64,000 nucleotides of DNA from Acidimicrobiia bacterium (GTDB lineage: Bacteria > Actinomycetota > Acidimicrobiia > IMCC26256 > PALSA-610). The DNA lies in contig JADGOO010000060.1 of assembly GCA_017882905.1 (NCBI GenBank), positions 7,316 to 71,315 of the forward strand, in the 5' to 3' direction. The translations under genes were made by a program, and so were the position numbers. Under the pieces are notes generated by a model that saw only the letters and a program-made list of their open reading frames with translations, was not told the DNA's origin and ran no database searches. Shown here one piece after another: positions 9,364 through 17,376 of the stretch (positions are counted from its first letter, which is position 1; each line of letters opens with the position of its first letter).

Positions 9364-9831
9364 GTGCCCGACAAGCCCAGCTATCTCGGCCTGCTCAATG
9401 CGATTGCCGTCGCGGAGGGCCGCGCCCACCGGTACCTCACGGCATGGGCGGCGACGACCTCACGCGACGACGTGCGGGGCGTGCTGCTCACGGTGGCCGC
9501 ACGCGAGGGCGAGCATGCGATGAGCTTCGCCCGACGGATCAACGAGCTCGGCTTCGAAGTTCGCGAGCGCGATGCCGACGAGCTCGACCGAGCGATGGAG
9601 ATCGTCACCGCTTCGTGCCCCGACCTCGAGAAGATGCAGGCACTCAAGCTGCAGCGACTCGACACCGGCGACCGGCCCGACATCTTCGACGAAATGTTCA
9701 AGGATCACTCGATCGACATCGCCACCGGCGCGCTGCTGGGTCGGTACATCGCCGAGGAGCGCGACACCGGCCGCCTGCTGCGCCGCTGCTATGAGCAGCT
9801 CGAGGCTGAGGTCGTCGCGCCCGCTCAGTGA
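9364..9831 (+). CDS. Ferritin-like superfamily protein (hypothetical)
   Basis: 155 aa, all-helical character with E/H pairs (AEGRAH, REGEHA, AEERD). AAGGAG RBS upstream of the GTG start. Family assignment is tentative. Confidence 0.55.
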   Translation: MPDKPSYLGLLNAIAVAEGRAHRYLTAWAATTSRDDVRGVLLTVAAREGEHAMSFARRINELGFEVRERDADELDRAMEIVTASCPDLEKMQALKLQRLDTGDRPDIFDEMFKDHSIDIATGALLGRYIAEERDTGRLLRRCYEQLEAEVVAPAQ

Positions 9832-9838
9832 GAAGCGC

Positions 9839-9869
9839 TTGACTTCAAGTTCACTTGAACTTGTACGTT
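9839..9869 (+). promoter_or_regulatory. Candidate promoter with operator palindrome; leaderless start at 9876
   Basis: TTGACT (9839-9844) and TACGTT (9864-9869, fits TANNNT). The perfect inverted repeat CAAGTTCA-CT-TGAACTTG (9846-9863) fills the spacer. ATG at 9876 is 7 nt after the -10 element. Confidence 0.45.
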
Positions 9870-9875
9870 GCCGCG

Positions 9876-11162
9876 ATGGCGCTCACCGACGACCTCACGA
9901 GGCGCGACCGCGCGACCGCCGCGCTCGATCTCGACAATGCATCCGACACGACGCTCCTCGCGTCGGTCGCCTCGGTGGTCTCCGAGCCCCGCGCGCAGGT
10001 GGCCGACTCGTTCGTGCTCCACGCCCCGTTGGAGCTCGCCGCGCGTGCCGCGCTCCTCCCCTTCGTGGCAACCTCCGCGCGCGACACGGCGCGCCGACGG
10101 ATCGCCGAGATCGCGCCGTCGTACGAGGCGTTCGCCGACCCGGTCGCGCCACCCGCACGCCTCGACTTCGACTCGCTGGAGACGGCCGCGGCGCACCTCG
10201 CCGATGCGATCAGCGGCGGCGACCTCGACACCGTCGACGCGGTCGCCGCGTGGCTCGGTGAACACGGGCGCCCGAGCCGGCTGCGCAGCCTGCTCGCCGA
10301 GCCCGTCGTGGATCGGCTCGCGGCCGCCGCGCATGCGCCGATCTTCTTGTATCTCCTGCCGCGCGTCGCGCCGCGCGGCGAGCTTCCGGGCACGTTGTTG
10401 CGTCCGCTGGCGCGCGAGCTCGCCCGGCATCCCGACTGGAAGATCGAATGGTGCCGAGCGGAGTCCGACGACCACGTCGCACCGCCGCGCCCCGGAGATC
10501 TGTTCGAAGCGCTCGCGAGCACGCCTCACCTCGGGATACCGGGAAGCGAGTTCATCTACCCGCTCATGCATCAGGTCGATCGGCCCGACATCGCCACGCT
10601 CCTCACGCCGGCGACAAGCGGGCACGGGTCCGAGCGCCCGACCGAACGCGAGTACCTCTCGCGATGCGCTCGCGAGCTGTTGCGCGCCGCGGCCGCCTCG
10701 ATGCTCACCGAACCGCCCGATCACGCGCCGTACGGATGGAGCCACTGCCTCACCATGACGCAGGCCGCGCTCGGCATCGCCGCCGACTGCGCCGACGCCA
10801 CCGTGGCAGTGCGGGTGGCGGCCACGTTCGTCGCCGGCTTCCGCGCCGCGCTCGCGCGCCGGCCCCTCGTCGCCACGTTCACGCCCGCTGCAGCACCGCG
10901 CGGCGATCTGCGGGCCGCCCTCCACGACGGGCCCGGCGCCGCGGCGGCAACCGTGTGGCACGCCCCGCCGCACTCGACCGGCATGATCGCGACCGCGCTG
11001 GCCACGCACGCCGCCACGCATCACGACGCCCATCTCGTGAAGTACACGCTGGCCTGCCTCGACGCGGCGGCCTGGGACCGGACCGCGGCACGCCTCTACC
11101 TCGCCGCCGCAGCCGCGCTCGGCGGCTGGTGGGCCCAACCCGACCACGCGGCCGTGGACTGA
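9876..11162 (+). CDS. Hypothetical protein (429 aa; possibly questin-oxidase-like DUF4243, low certainty)
   Basis: Long ORF with Ala/Leu/His-rich soluble composition (HAPLELAARAALLP, HAPIFLYLLPR, YGWSHCLTMTQAAL, HHDAHLVKYTLACLDAA). The ORF-track TTG at 9855 lies inside the palindrome, so ATG at 9876 is preferred. Confidence 0.6.
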   Translation: MALTDDLTRRDRATAALDLDNASDTTLLASVASVVSEPRAQVADSFVLHAPLELAARAALLPFVATSARDTARRRIAEIAPSYEAFADPVAPPARLDFDSLETAAAHLADAISGGDLDTVDAVAAWLGEHGRPSRLRSLLAEPVVDRLAAAAHAPIFLYLLPRVAPRGELPGTLLRPLARELARHPDWKIEWCRAESDDHVAPPRPGDLFEALASTPHLGIPGSEFIYPLMHQVDRPDIATLLTPATSGHGSERPTEREYLSRCARELLRAAAASMLTEPPDHAPYGWSHCLTMTQAALGIAADCADATVAVRVAATFVAGFRAALARRPLVATFTPAAAPRGDLRAALHDGPGAAAATVWHAPPHSTGMIATALATHAATHHDAHLVKYTLACLDAAAWDRTAARLYLAAAAALGGWWAQPDHAAVD

Positions 11163-11544
11163 CCCCGACTACGTGCGGTCAGCCGCCGGTCTGGCGGGGT
11201 GAGCCCATCTGTGTCGGGTTGTCGTCGTTGGCAGCCCGGTCGCGGGCCCGCTGACGGGCGGCGGCGGCTTCGAGATCGGCCAGTCGTTTGCGCTCGGCGG
11301 GCGCAAGACGGCGTGTCGGTGGTTTGGTGGGCAAGGTCGCACCATAACGGACACTGACGGGGGCACCGCAACCGACCGGCCGGCCTGCGTCCGGAGGCCA
11401 CCCGGCCACTGGTAGATTGGCTAGGTAGTCCCCTGCATGGGGGCGCCCCGCTCTTCCTCTGCCCACGCACGCTCGCCCCGGTGAGCACCGGCCACGGCTC
11501 TCGCAGACTCGACGCCTCCCCGTCTTTCGGAGGCCGGCGCTGTC

Positions 11545-11859
11545 ATGATGGAGTTCGAGTGGAATCAGCTGGTCGCCGAAGATCGTGTCGTGATCCACGC
11601 CCACGGTGAGGGCGCGAACCGGACGACGGTCGGCACGGTCATCTCGGTCACCGCGCAATCGGGACACAACGAGGTGGGTGTGCGGGCCGACGGCAACACC
11701 GAAGCGACCCTCCTCTGGCCGACTCGCTTCGAGATGCACTCGATGACCGACGCCGCCACCTCGGTGTGCCCGTGGTGCGCGAGCGCGGGTTTCCCGACCG
11801 GCACGACACACGCCAGCACGCTGCTGCGCCCGAGCGTGTCGGCCGACGGCCGGCGATGA
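11545..11859 (+). CDS. Small hypothetical protein (104 aa) translationally coupled to the hemolysin III gene
   Basis: MMEFEWNQLVAEDRVVIHAHGEGANRTTVGTVISVTAQSGHNEVGVRADGNTEATLLWPTRFEMHS...CPWC is non-repetitive and beta-rich. GGAGG lies 11 nt upstream. The stop overlaps the next ATG (ATGA at 11856-11859). Confidence 0.55.
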   Translation: MMEFEWNQLVAEDRVVIHAHGEGANRTTVGTVISVTAQSGHNEVGVRADGNTEATLLWPTRFEMHSMTDAATSVCPWCASAGFPTGTTHASTLLRPSVSADGRR

Positions 11860-12509
11860 ACGCGGGGGTTGCGATCGGGGCTGAGATCAAGCCCCGATAC
11901 CGAGGCCGCATCCATCAGGCGGCCTTCTTCGCCGCGATCCCGGCCGGCGCGGCGCTGATCCTCACGGCGCACCGTGGCGCACAGTACGCCGCAGCGGCGA
12001 TCTTCGCGACCTCGATCGTGGCGCTCTTCGGCACGAGCGCGGCCTACCACTGCCGTCAGTGGACCGAGACGTGGCGAGCGCGCATGCAGCGCCTCGATCA
12101 CGCGATGATCTTCGTGCTGATCGCCGGTTCCTACACGCCGTTGACCGTCGTCGCGCTCGGACACGCGCTCGGACTCACGTTGCTCGTGCTGGTGTGGACG
12201 GTTGCCGCACTCGGCATCGCCGCCACCATGATCCGCTACGACCTCGTCGACCGCTACGAAGGCGTGCTCTACGTAGCCTTCGGCTGGTTCCTCGTGCCGG
12301 TGCTGCCCGCCGTGGTGCACGCACTGTCGCTCGCCGAGCTGCTGTGTCTCACGGCCGGCGGCTTGCTCTACACGATCGGTGCGATTGGCTTCGTGCGCGA
12401 GCGACCTGATCCCCGGCCCACGATCTTCGGGTACCACGAGGTGTGGCACGTGATGACCGTCGCCGCCGCGGCATGCCACTTCGCGCTGGTGTTCCTGCTC
12501 GTCCGCTGA
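11856..12509 (+). CDS. Hemolysin III / PAQR family membrane protein
   Basis: RGRIHQAAFFAAIP..., SAAYH, MQRLDHAMIFVLIAGSYTP, and HEVWHVMTVAAAACHF (conserved His motifs, 7 TM). ATG at 11856 is preferred over the ORF-track start at 11766. Confidence 0.9.
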   Translation: MNAGVAIGAEIKPRYRGRIHQAAFFAAIPAGAALILTAHRGAQYAAAAIFATSIVALFGTSAAYHCRQWTETWRARMQRLDHAMIFVLIAGSYTPLTVVALGHALGLTLLVLVWTVAALGIAATMIRYDLVDRYEGVLYVAFGWFLVPVLPAVVHALSLAELLCLTAGGLLYTIGAIGFVRERPDPRPTIFGYHEVWHVMTVAAAACHFALVFLLVR

Positions 12510-12516
12510 CGCCTCA

Positions 12517-12951
12517 TCACACGCCGAGCTCGACGAGCAGTGCGCGCACGCGCTCGCCGATCTCGTCTCGGATGCGGCGCACCACATCGGTGTCCTGGCC
12601 GGCGGGGTCGTCGAGCGGCCAGTCTTCGTAGCGTGTGGCCGGATAGATCGGGCATGCATCACCGCAGCCCATCGTGACCACCACGTCGGCCGCCTGCAGC
12701 GCGGCGTCGGTCCACCGCTTCGGCTGCGCCGAGCTGATGTCGATGCCGAGCTCGGCCATCACGGCGACGGCCGCCGGATTCACCGTCGCCGCTGGTTCGG
12801 AGCCACCCGACCAGGCCGTGGCGCGCCCGCCGGCAAGATGGTGGAACCACCCGAGCGCCATCTGCGACCGGCCCGCGTTGTGCACACAGAGGAACACCAC
12901 CGTCGGGCGGATCGCGTCGGAACCTTCGACGGGGGGTGTGGCATCGGTCAT
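12517..12951 (-). CDS. arsC: Arsenate reductase, low-molecular-weight phosphatase (thioredoxin-coupled) type
   Basis: P-loop VVFLCVHNAGRSQMA (CX5R-S), and downstream CGDACP. Confidence 0.92.
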   Translation of the reverse strand: MTDATPPVEGSDAIRPTVVFLCVHNAGRSQMALGWFHHLAGGRATAWSGGSEPAATVNPAAVAVMAELGIDISSAQPKRWTDAALQAADVVVTMGCGDACPIYPATRYEDWPLDDPAGQDTDVVRRIRDEIGERVRALLVELGV

Positions 12952-13679
12952 TGCTCACCTCGGTCGGTCGCCATGGCTTGATGTTCGTGCGGTACCACCG
13001 CGTCGCGCGCGGCCACGTCGGGGTGCAAGAAGCGCACGAGCACGACCGCAACCAGCCCACCCGCGACCTGCATCCCCACGAACACGCCGACCGACGACGG
13101 CCGGATGCCCGCGAACGTGTCGCTGAGCGTGCGCGCGACCGTGACCGCCGGGTTCGCGAACGACGTCGACGACGTGAACCAGTACGCCGCGGCGATGTAA
13201 CCCCCCACGGCGAAGGGCGCCACGCTGCTCCGACCGGAACGCACGACACCGAAGATCACGAGCAGCAGACCCACCGTGGCCACGAGCTCACCGAGCCACA
13301 GCCCGCCTGACGAACGCGTGTGATGGGAGACGTTCACGGCTGCCAGCCCGAACATCAGGTTGGCGACCACGGCGCCGACGCAGGCGCCGACGAGCTGCGC
13401 GAGCACGTACAGCGTCGCCGCGACGTTGTCGATGCCGCCGAGCAGTCGATCGGCGAGCGTGACGACCGGGTTGAAGTGGGCACCCGAGACGGGCCCGAAC
13501 GCCAAGATGAGCGCCACGAGGCCCGCGCCGGTGGCCGTCGAGTTCTCGAGCAGCGCCAGGCCCGCGTCGTGTGGCGAGCTCCGCTGGGCCGCGATCCCAG
13601 AACCGATCACGATGGCGACGAGCAGACCCGTTCCGAGCGCCTCCGCGGTGGCTCGCCGCGCCAGACCCCGATCGATCAT
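12948..13679 (-). CDS. MIP/aquaporin family channel (aquaglyceroporin-like, probable arsenite channel)
   Basis: SGAHFNPVVTLA (NPV variant) and SFANPAVTVAR (NPA), with six hydrophobic segments. ATG at 13679 shares one base with the upstream stop (TGATG). Its stop overlaps the arsC ATG (ATGA). Confidence 0.88.
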   Translation of the reverse strand: MIDRGLARRATAEALGTGLLVAIVIGSGIAAQRSSPHDAGLALLENSTATGAGLVALILAFGPVSGAHFNPVVTLADRLLGGIDNVAATLYVLAQLVGACVGAVVANLMFGLAAVNVSHHTRSSGGLWLGELVATVGLLLVIFGVVRSGRSSVAPFAVGGYIAAAYWFTSSTSFANPAVTVARTLSDTFAGIRPSSVGVFVGMQVAGGLVAVVLVRFLHPDVAARDAVVPHEHQAMATDRGEQ

Positions 13680-14152
13680 CAACAGCAACGGGCGGCCGAC
13701 TCGGGCGCCGCCGAGCAGCACAGGGCGTCGTCGGCCGCCACCGACGGCGACCCGGGCGCGACCGTGCGCAGGTCGCCGGGTGCCATCTCCACGTCGCTGA
13801 GCACCGTGTAGATCTCCCACGGCTCACCGTCGGGCGCGTCGACCCACACCTTGTCCTGCACCGCGTAGCAGCACGCGACCTCGTCCTCGGTGGCGCACGC
13901 GAGGCCTTCGCCGGTGAGGCGACCCTGCGCGGCCCGTACCGCATCGGTCGACTCCACCTCCACGCCGAGGTGGTTCAGGCTGCCCGGGGCGCCGTGGCCC
14001 TCGATCAGCACCAGCTTGAGCGGCGGCTCGGCGATGGCGAAGTTGGCGTAGCCGGGCCGGCGCTTGGCCGGCTGCGTGGCGAACAGCTTGGAGTAGAACG
14101 ACACGGCGGCATCGAGGTCTGCGACGTTGAGGGCGAGCTGCACACGCGACAT
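13679..14152 (-). CDS. ArsI/CadI family glyoxalase-fold metalloenzyme
   Basis: MSRVQLALNVADLDAAVSFYSKLFATQPAKRRPGYANFAIAEPPLKLVLIEG...ACCYAVQDKVWV...CCSAAPESAARCC is near-collinear with my recollection of M. tuberculosis CadI (Rv2641), including the vicinal Cys pair. Confidence 0.88.
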   Translation of the reverse strand: MSRVQLALNVADLDAAVSFYSKLFATQPAKRRPGYANFAIAEPPLKLVLIEGHGAPGSLNHLGVEVESTDAVRAAQGRLTGEGLACATEDEVACCYAVQDKVWVDAPDGEPWEIYTVLSDVEMAPGDLRTVAPGSPSVAADDALCCSAAPESAARCC

Positions 14153-14181
14153 CTGGACTCCCATCAGGGGCAACGAGCGAT

Positions 14182-14237
14182 ATATTGGCGGTTGTCGATG
14201 GATCCATCATCGCGGATACATCGACGTTCGTCAATAT
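14182..14237. promoter_or_regulatory. Nested palindromic operator in the arsR / cadI-MIP-arsC divergent region
   Basis: ATATTGGCGGTTGTCGATG (14182-14200) pairs with CATCGACGTTCGTCAATAT (14219-14237); 15 of 19 positions are complementary. A perfect 12-bp palindrome GATGGATCCATC (14197-14208) overlaps the inner end of the left arm. Confidence 0.6.
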
Positions 14238-14284
14238 GTGATTCGCCCAGGATCCTGCCCAGACACCGGCCGGGAGCACCCCAG

Positions 14285-14620
14285 ATGGCCAAGCGCCTCA
14301 TCGCCGCCACCATGACCGAGGGCTGTTGCGGATCGGTGCTCGGCGCGCCACTCGACGCCGACGACGCCACCGAGCTCGCCGCCGCCTTCGCGGCCCTCGC
14401 CGACCCGGTGCGCCTGCGCTTGCTCAGCCTGGTGGCCGCCGCGGGCGAGGTGTGCTCGTGCGACCTCGAGGGTCCGCTCGCCAAGTCGCAACCCACCATC
14501 AGCCACCACACGAAGGCGCTCGCCGAAGCCGGGCTCATCGTGGGGGAACGCCGGGGCCGCTGGATGTGGTGGCGCGTCGCGCCCGAGCGCATCGAAGCGC
14601 TGCGCGCCGCGCTCGCCTGA
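14285..14620 (+). CDS. arsR: ArsR/SmtB family metalloregulator
   Basis: FAALADPVRLRLLSLVAAAGEVCSCDLEGPLAKSQPTISHHTKALAEAGLI has the CxC metal site in the HTH. An N-terminal CC pair (TEGCCGS) is also present. Confidence 0.9.
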   Translation: MAKRLIAATMTEGCCGSVLGAPLDADDATELAAAFAALADPVRLRLLSLVAAAGEVCSCDLEGPLAKSQPTISHHTKALAEAGLIVGERRGRWMWWRVAPERIEALRAALA

Positions 14621-14661
14621 CCGAAGCCAGGCGAGCGACGGCACCGCGCGCGTAGTGCGGA

Positions 14662-15156
14662 TCAGGCGCCGGGCTGCTTCGGCGCCTTCGTCGTGACGAT
14701 CGCGGTGCGCGAATCGAGCAGCGCGCCGCTCGAGTCCGTGACGGTCAGCGTCACCGTGTACGCCGTCGAGAAGGCGGCCCAGTCCTCGTCGATCGTCCCG
14801 CTCGGCATGTAGGCCGTGGTGCTGCTGCGCGCGAAATCCACGAGACCGGTCGTGCCGTTCGTGTAGGTCATCGTCCAGTTCGCGGGGCTCGTGCACGAGC
14901 TCGAGATGCTGAAGGGCGTCCAGATCGCGGCCCACACCGAGTAGTAGCCCGTCGAGTTGCTGAAGCTCGTGATCTGCGCACACGTGCCCGAAGGCACGAC
15001 CGTGGTCGGCGTGCCGCCACCGCCACTCCCGCCGGTACCGCCGCCGCCGCTGTTCACGCCGCCGCTGTTCACGCCGCCGGAAGCGAACGCAGCGCCACCA
15101 CTCACTGCGCACACGCTCGCGATGGCCGCCGCGGCCAACAGACGCCTTGCCTTCAT
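14662..15156 (-). CDS. Secreted hypothetical protein (signal peptide, Gly-rich linker, Ser/Thr-rich beta domain)
   Basis: MKARRLLAAAAIASVCAVSGGAAFA signal peptide, then GGVNSGGVNSGGGGTGGSGGGG, then a Cys-containing domain ending TVTLTVTDSSG. Confidence 0.6.
   Translation of the reverse strand: MKARRLLAAAAIASVCAVSGGAAFASGGVNSGGVNSGGGGTGGSGGGGTPTTVVPSGTCAQITSFSNSTGYYSVWAAIWTPFSISSSCTSPANWTMTYTNGTTGLVDFARSSTTAYMPSGTIDEDWAAFSTAYTVTLTVTDSSGALLDSRTAIVTTKAPKQPGA
15046..15075. repeat. Perfect 15-bp tandem duplication inside the secreted-protein gene (encodes GGVNS x2)
   Basis: GCCGCTGTTCACGCC occurs at 15046-15060 and again at 15061-15075. Confidence 0.9.
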
Positions 15157-15238
15157 CACACACTCCTCGTGCTGGGGATCAGTGTGGGCAGGATGCGACA
15201 CGCGAGGTCGACGCGACCATTGCACATAGGTCGTAGTA

Positions 15239-15862
15239 CTACGTCCCCAGGCCGTGCTCCTTGGCCCAGAGCGCCGCTTGCGTGCGGTCCGACACTTCGA
15301 GCCGCTCGAAGATCCGCGTCAGATGCGCCTTCACGGTGCGCTCGGTGATGCCGAGCCGACGGGCGATGACCTTGTTGGTCAGTCCACCGGCTACGAGGCC
15401 GAGCACTTCGCGTTCACGGTCGCTCAACTTCGGGCCGCTGCGACGCTCGGCGCGACCGCCGAGCAGGAGTCGTGCCGCGCGCGGATCAAGGGGCCAGTCG
15501 CCACGGGCGGCCGCGCGCACACCGCGCAACAGGTCGTCGGGTTCGGCGTCCTTCAGGAGGTAGCCCACGGCGCCGGCGTCGAGCGCGGCGAGGATGCGCT
15601 CCCGATCCGAGAACGAGGTGAGCACCACAACCTTGGCCGCCGATCCCGAGGCAACAATTGCTCGAGTGGCATCGACGCCGTCCATTCCCGGCATCGACAG
15701 ATCCATCAACACGACATCGGGGTGGGTCTCGCCAACGAGCCGGAGCGCGTCGACACCATCGCCGGCCGTGCCCACCACTTCGAACTCGGCTTCGGCTTCG
15801 AGTAGGCGGGTGAGACCGACGCGCACGATCTGATGGTCGTCGACGAGCAGCACACGGGTCAT
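15239..15862 (-). CDS. NarL/FixJ (LuxR-type) response regulator
   Basis: MTRVLLVDDHQIVRVGL...DVVLMDLSMPGMDG (REC). C-terminal LSDREREVLGLVAGGLTNKVIARRLGITERTVKAHL (LuxR HTH). The ATG overlaps the kinase stop (ATGA). Confidence 0.93.
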   Translation of the reverse strand: MTRVLLVDDHQIVRVGLTRLLEAEAEFEVVGTAGDGVDALRLVGETHPDVVLMDLSMPGMDGVDATRAIVASGSAAKVVVLTSFSDRERILAALDAGAVGYLLKDAEPDDLLRGVRAAARGDWPLDPRAARLLLGGRAERRSGPKLSDREREVLGLVAGGLTNKVIARRLGITERTVKAHLTRIFERLEVSDRTQAALWAKEHGLGT

Positions 15863-17175
15863 CGCGTCGGAACCTCCAGGTGCACACGAGCTCCGCCACC
15901 CGGCCGGGATGTGACGTCGAGGTGGCCGCCCGCCTCGGCCACGAGATCGGCGAGCACGCGCAATCCCACATGGCCTTCCACAGGACGATCGGCGACTGCG
16001 GCCGGATCGAAGCCGACACCGTCGTCGACCACATCGAGCACCGCCGTGTGGTCGGCGCGCGACACGCTCACGTGCACAGTGCGGGCGCGTGCGTGCGCGA
16101 CCACATTGCGGAGCGCTTCCTGCGCGGATCGGTACAACAACGCTTCCACTTCGGGCGGCAAGCCGAGATCTTCGCCGAGCTCGAGGCGCGCCTCGACGCC
16201 GTGAGTCGCAAGCGGCGCGGCGAGATCGGACAGCGCCGCCTCGAGCCCGGCGTCGCGCAAGCTCGGTGGGTAGATCTCGACGAGCAGCGAACGCAATGCC
16301 CGGATGCTGCGTCGCGTCCCGGCGGCCGCATCGCGGAGCACCTCCCGGTCGGTACCCGCGACCGCGCCGTCGATCGCGGCCAGCGAGTACGAGACGCTGG
16401 CGAGGTCTTGCACGACACCGTCGTGCAGGTCGCTGGCGATCCGGCGTCGCTCCGCCTCGGACGCGTCGATCGCGCGGCGCAACAGGCGCTGCCGGCGCCG
16501 CTCGCCGGAGTGGAGCCGCCGAGCCATCGACCAAGCGAGAGGGATCTGCAACGCCTCGAGGCCGACCAGCGCGCCGAGCATGATCGGTGCGAAGTGCTGC
16601 CACACGTTGCGGCCGTCGGCGATCACCGCGTCGTAGCGGTAGTACGCCTCGAACAGCAACGAACTCCCGTCCGGCGTGTGCACCGGCTGGTACACCTCGA
16701 GCAACTTGACGAACCGGCGCTCGAACCGATTCTCGGGCCGGGCCAGATCGCTGACGTCGGCGGCTGCGGCACCGGTTCGGAACGCGTCCAACTCGTCGGA
16801 CGCGAGCGTGTAGATGGTGCCGATGAGCCGCGGCTCGTCGGAGTACACGACGCGCCCGTCGGACCGCCACAGCTTCACGCGAACCAGATCCGCGTCGAGC
16901 ACTCGCCGGCGCACTTCGCGGTCCATCGCGGCGACCGCCGCGGGTTGCGACTGAAGCAGGCTGTCGGTGAGCGTCGGTTCGATCGCGGTCCGGGCGAGGA
17001 CGGCGGCATCGCGGCGGGCGTCGTGGATCGCGAAGTCGGTGCCGGCGTTGCGACTCGCAACGTTGGCGGCCAACGCCACCGCGAGCAGCGCGACGACACC
17101 CGCCGACGCGAAGACCACGACCGCGCGCGCCACCGGCCGATCGCGGCGCTTCAGTACGCCATGCAGCTCGGCCAT
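15859..17175 (-). CDS. Sensor histidine kinase, HisKA_3 (NarX/DesK-like) type
   Basis: ERRRIASDLHDGVVQDL H-box. HATPase motifs ALRNVVAHA and DDGVGF. Two TM segments flank a ~150-aa extracytoplasmic region. Start at MAELHGVL (17175); MRGG at 17232 is an alternative. Confidence 0.88.
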   Translation of the reverse strand: MAELHGVLKRRDRPVARAVVVFASAGVVALLAVALAANVASRNAGTDFAIHDARRDAAVLARTAIEPTLTDSLLQSQPAAVAAMDREVRRRVLDADLVRVKLWRSDGRVVYSDEPRLIGTIYTLASDELDAFRTGAAAADVSDLARPENRFERRFVKLLEVYQPVHTPDGSSLLFEAYYRYDAVIADGRNVWQHFAPIMLGALVGLEALQIPLAWSMARRLHSGERRRQRLLRRAIDASEAERRRIASDLHDGVVQDLASVSYSLAAIDGAVAGTDREVLRDAAAGTRRSIRALRSLLVEIYPPSLRDAGLEAALSDLAAPLATHGVEARLELGEDLGLPPEVEALLYRSAQEALRNVVAHARARTVHVSVSRADHTAVLDVVDDGVGFDPAAVADRPVEGHVGLRVLADLVAEAGGHLDVTSRPGGGARVHLEVPTR

Positions 17176-17376
17176 CACCTGTACGGTGCGCTCCGCGCGA
17201 GGCGGAGAGAAGGGGCCAAGGCCCCCCCTCATGGAGTCGACAGGCTCCCCCTGGCCGGCTTCGCCCGACCTCCGGCTGCCGTCGCGCCGACCCCTAAGGT
17301 GCAGCGCAGACTGACGCGCCGCGGTGGCTCGCCTCCCGCCTGCTCCACCGCACGACGGCAACACAGGGACGATGCG

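Noticed and set aside
11179-11334. Possible 51-aa minus-strand ORF (MPTKPPTRRLAPAERKRLADLEAAAARQRARDRAANDDNPTQMGSPRQTGG)
   Set aside because: Only a TTG start is available and there is no clear RBS. Its third-position GC is lower than in the neighbouring genes, and the sequence is low in complexity. It cannot be supported without homology evidence, so it is left unannotated.
11420-11545. C-rich hairpins reminiscent of actinobacterial 6C RNA or a riboswitch
   Set aside because: The hairpins have C/G in the stems rather than the two C-rich loops that define 6C RNA. I could identify no conserved riboswitch core (SAM, TPP, c-di-AMP or cobalamin).
15880-17376. Upstream 500 codons of ORF 15880..18474
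   Set aside because: This part is antisense to the HisKA_3 kinase and has no protein-like features. The NYN domain begins only after the ATG at 17377, which is preceded by intergenic sequence.
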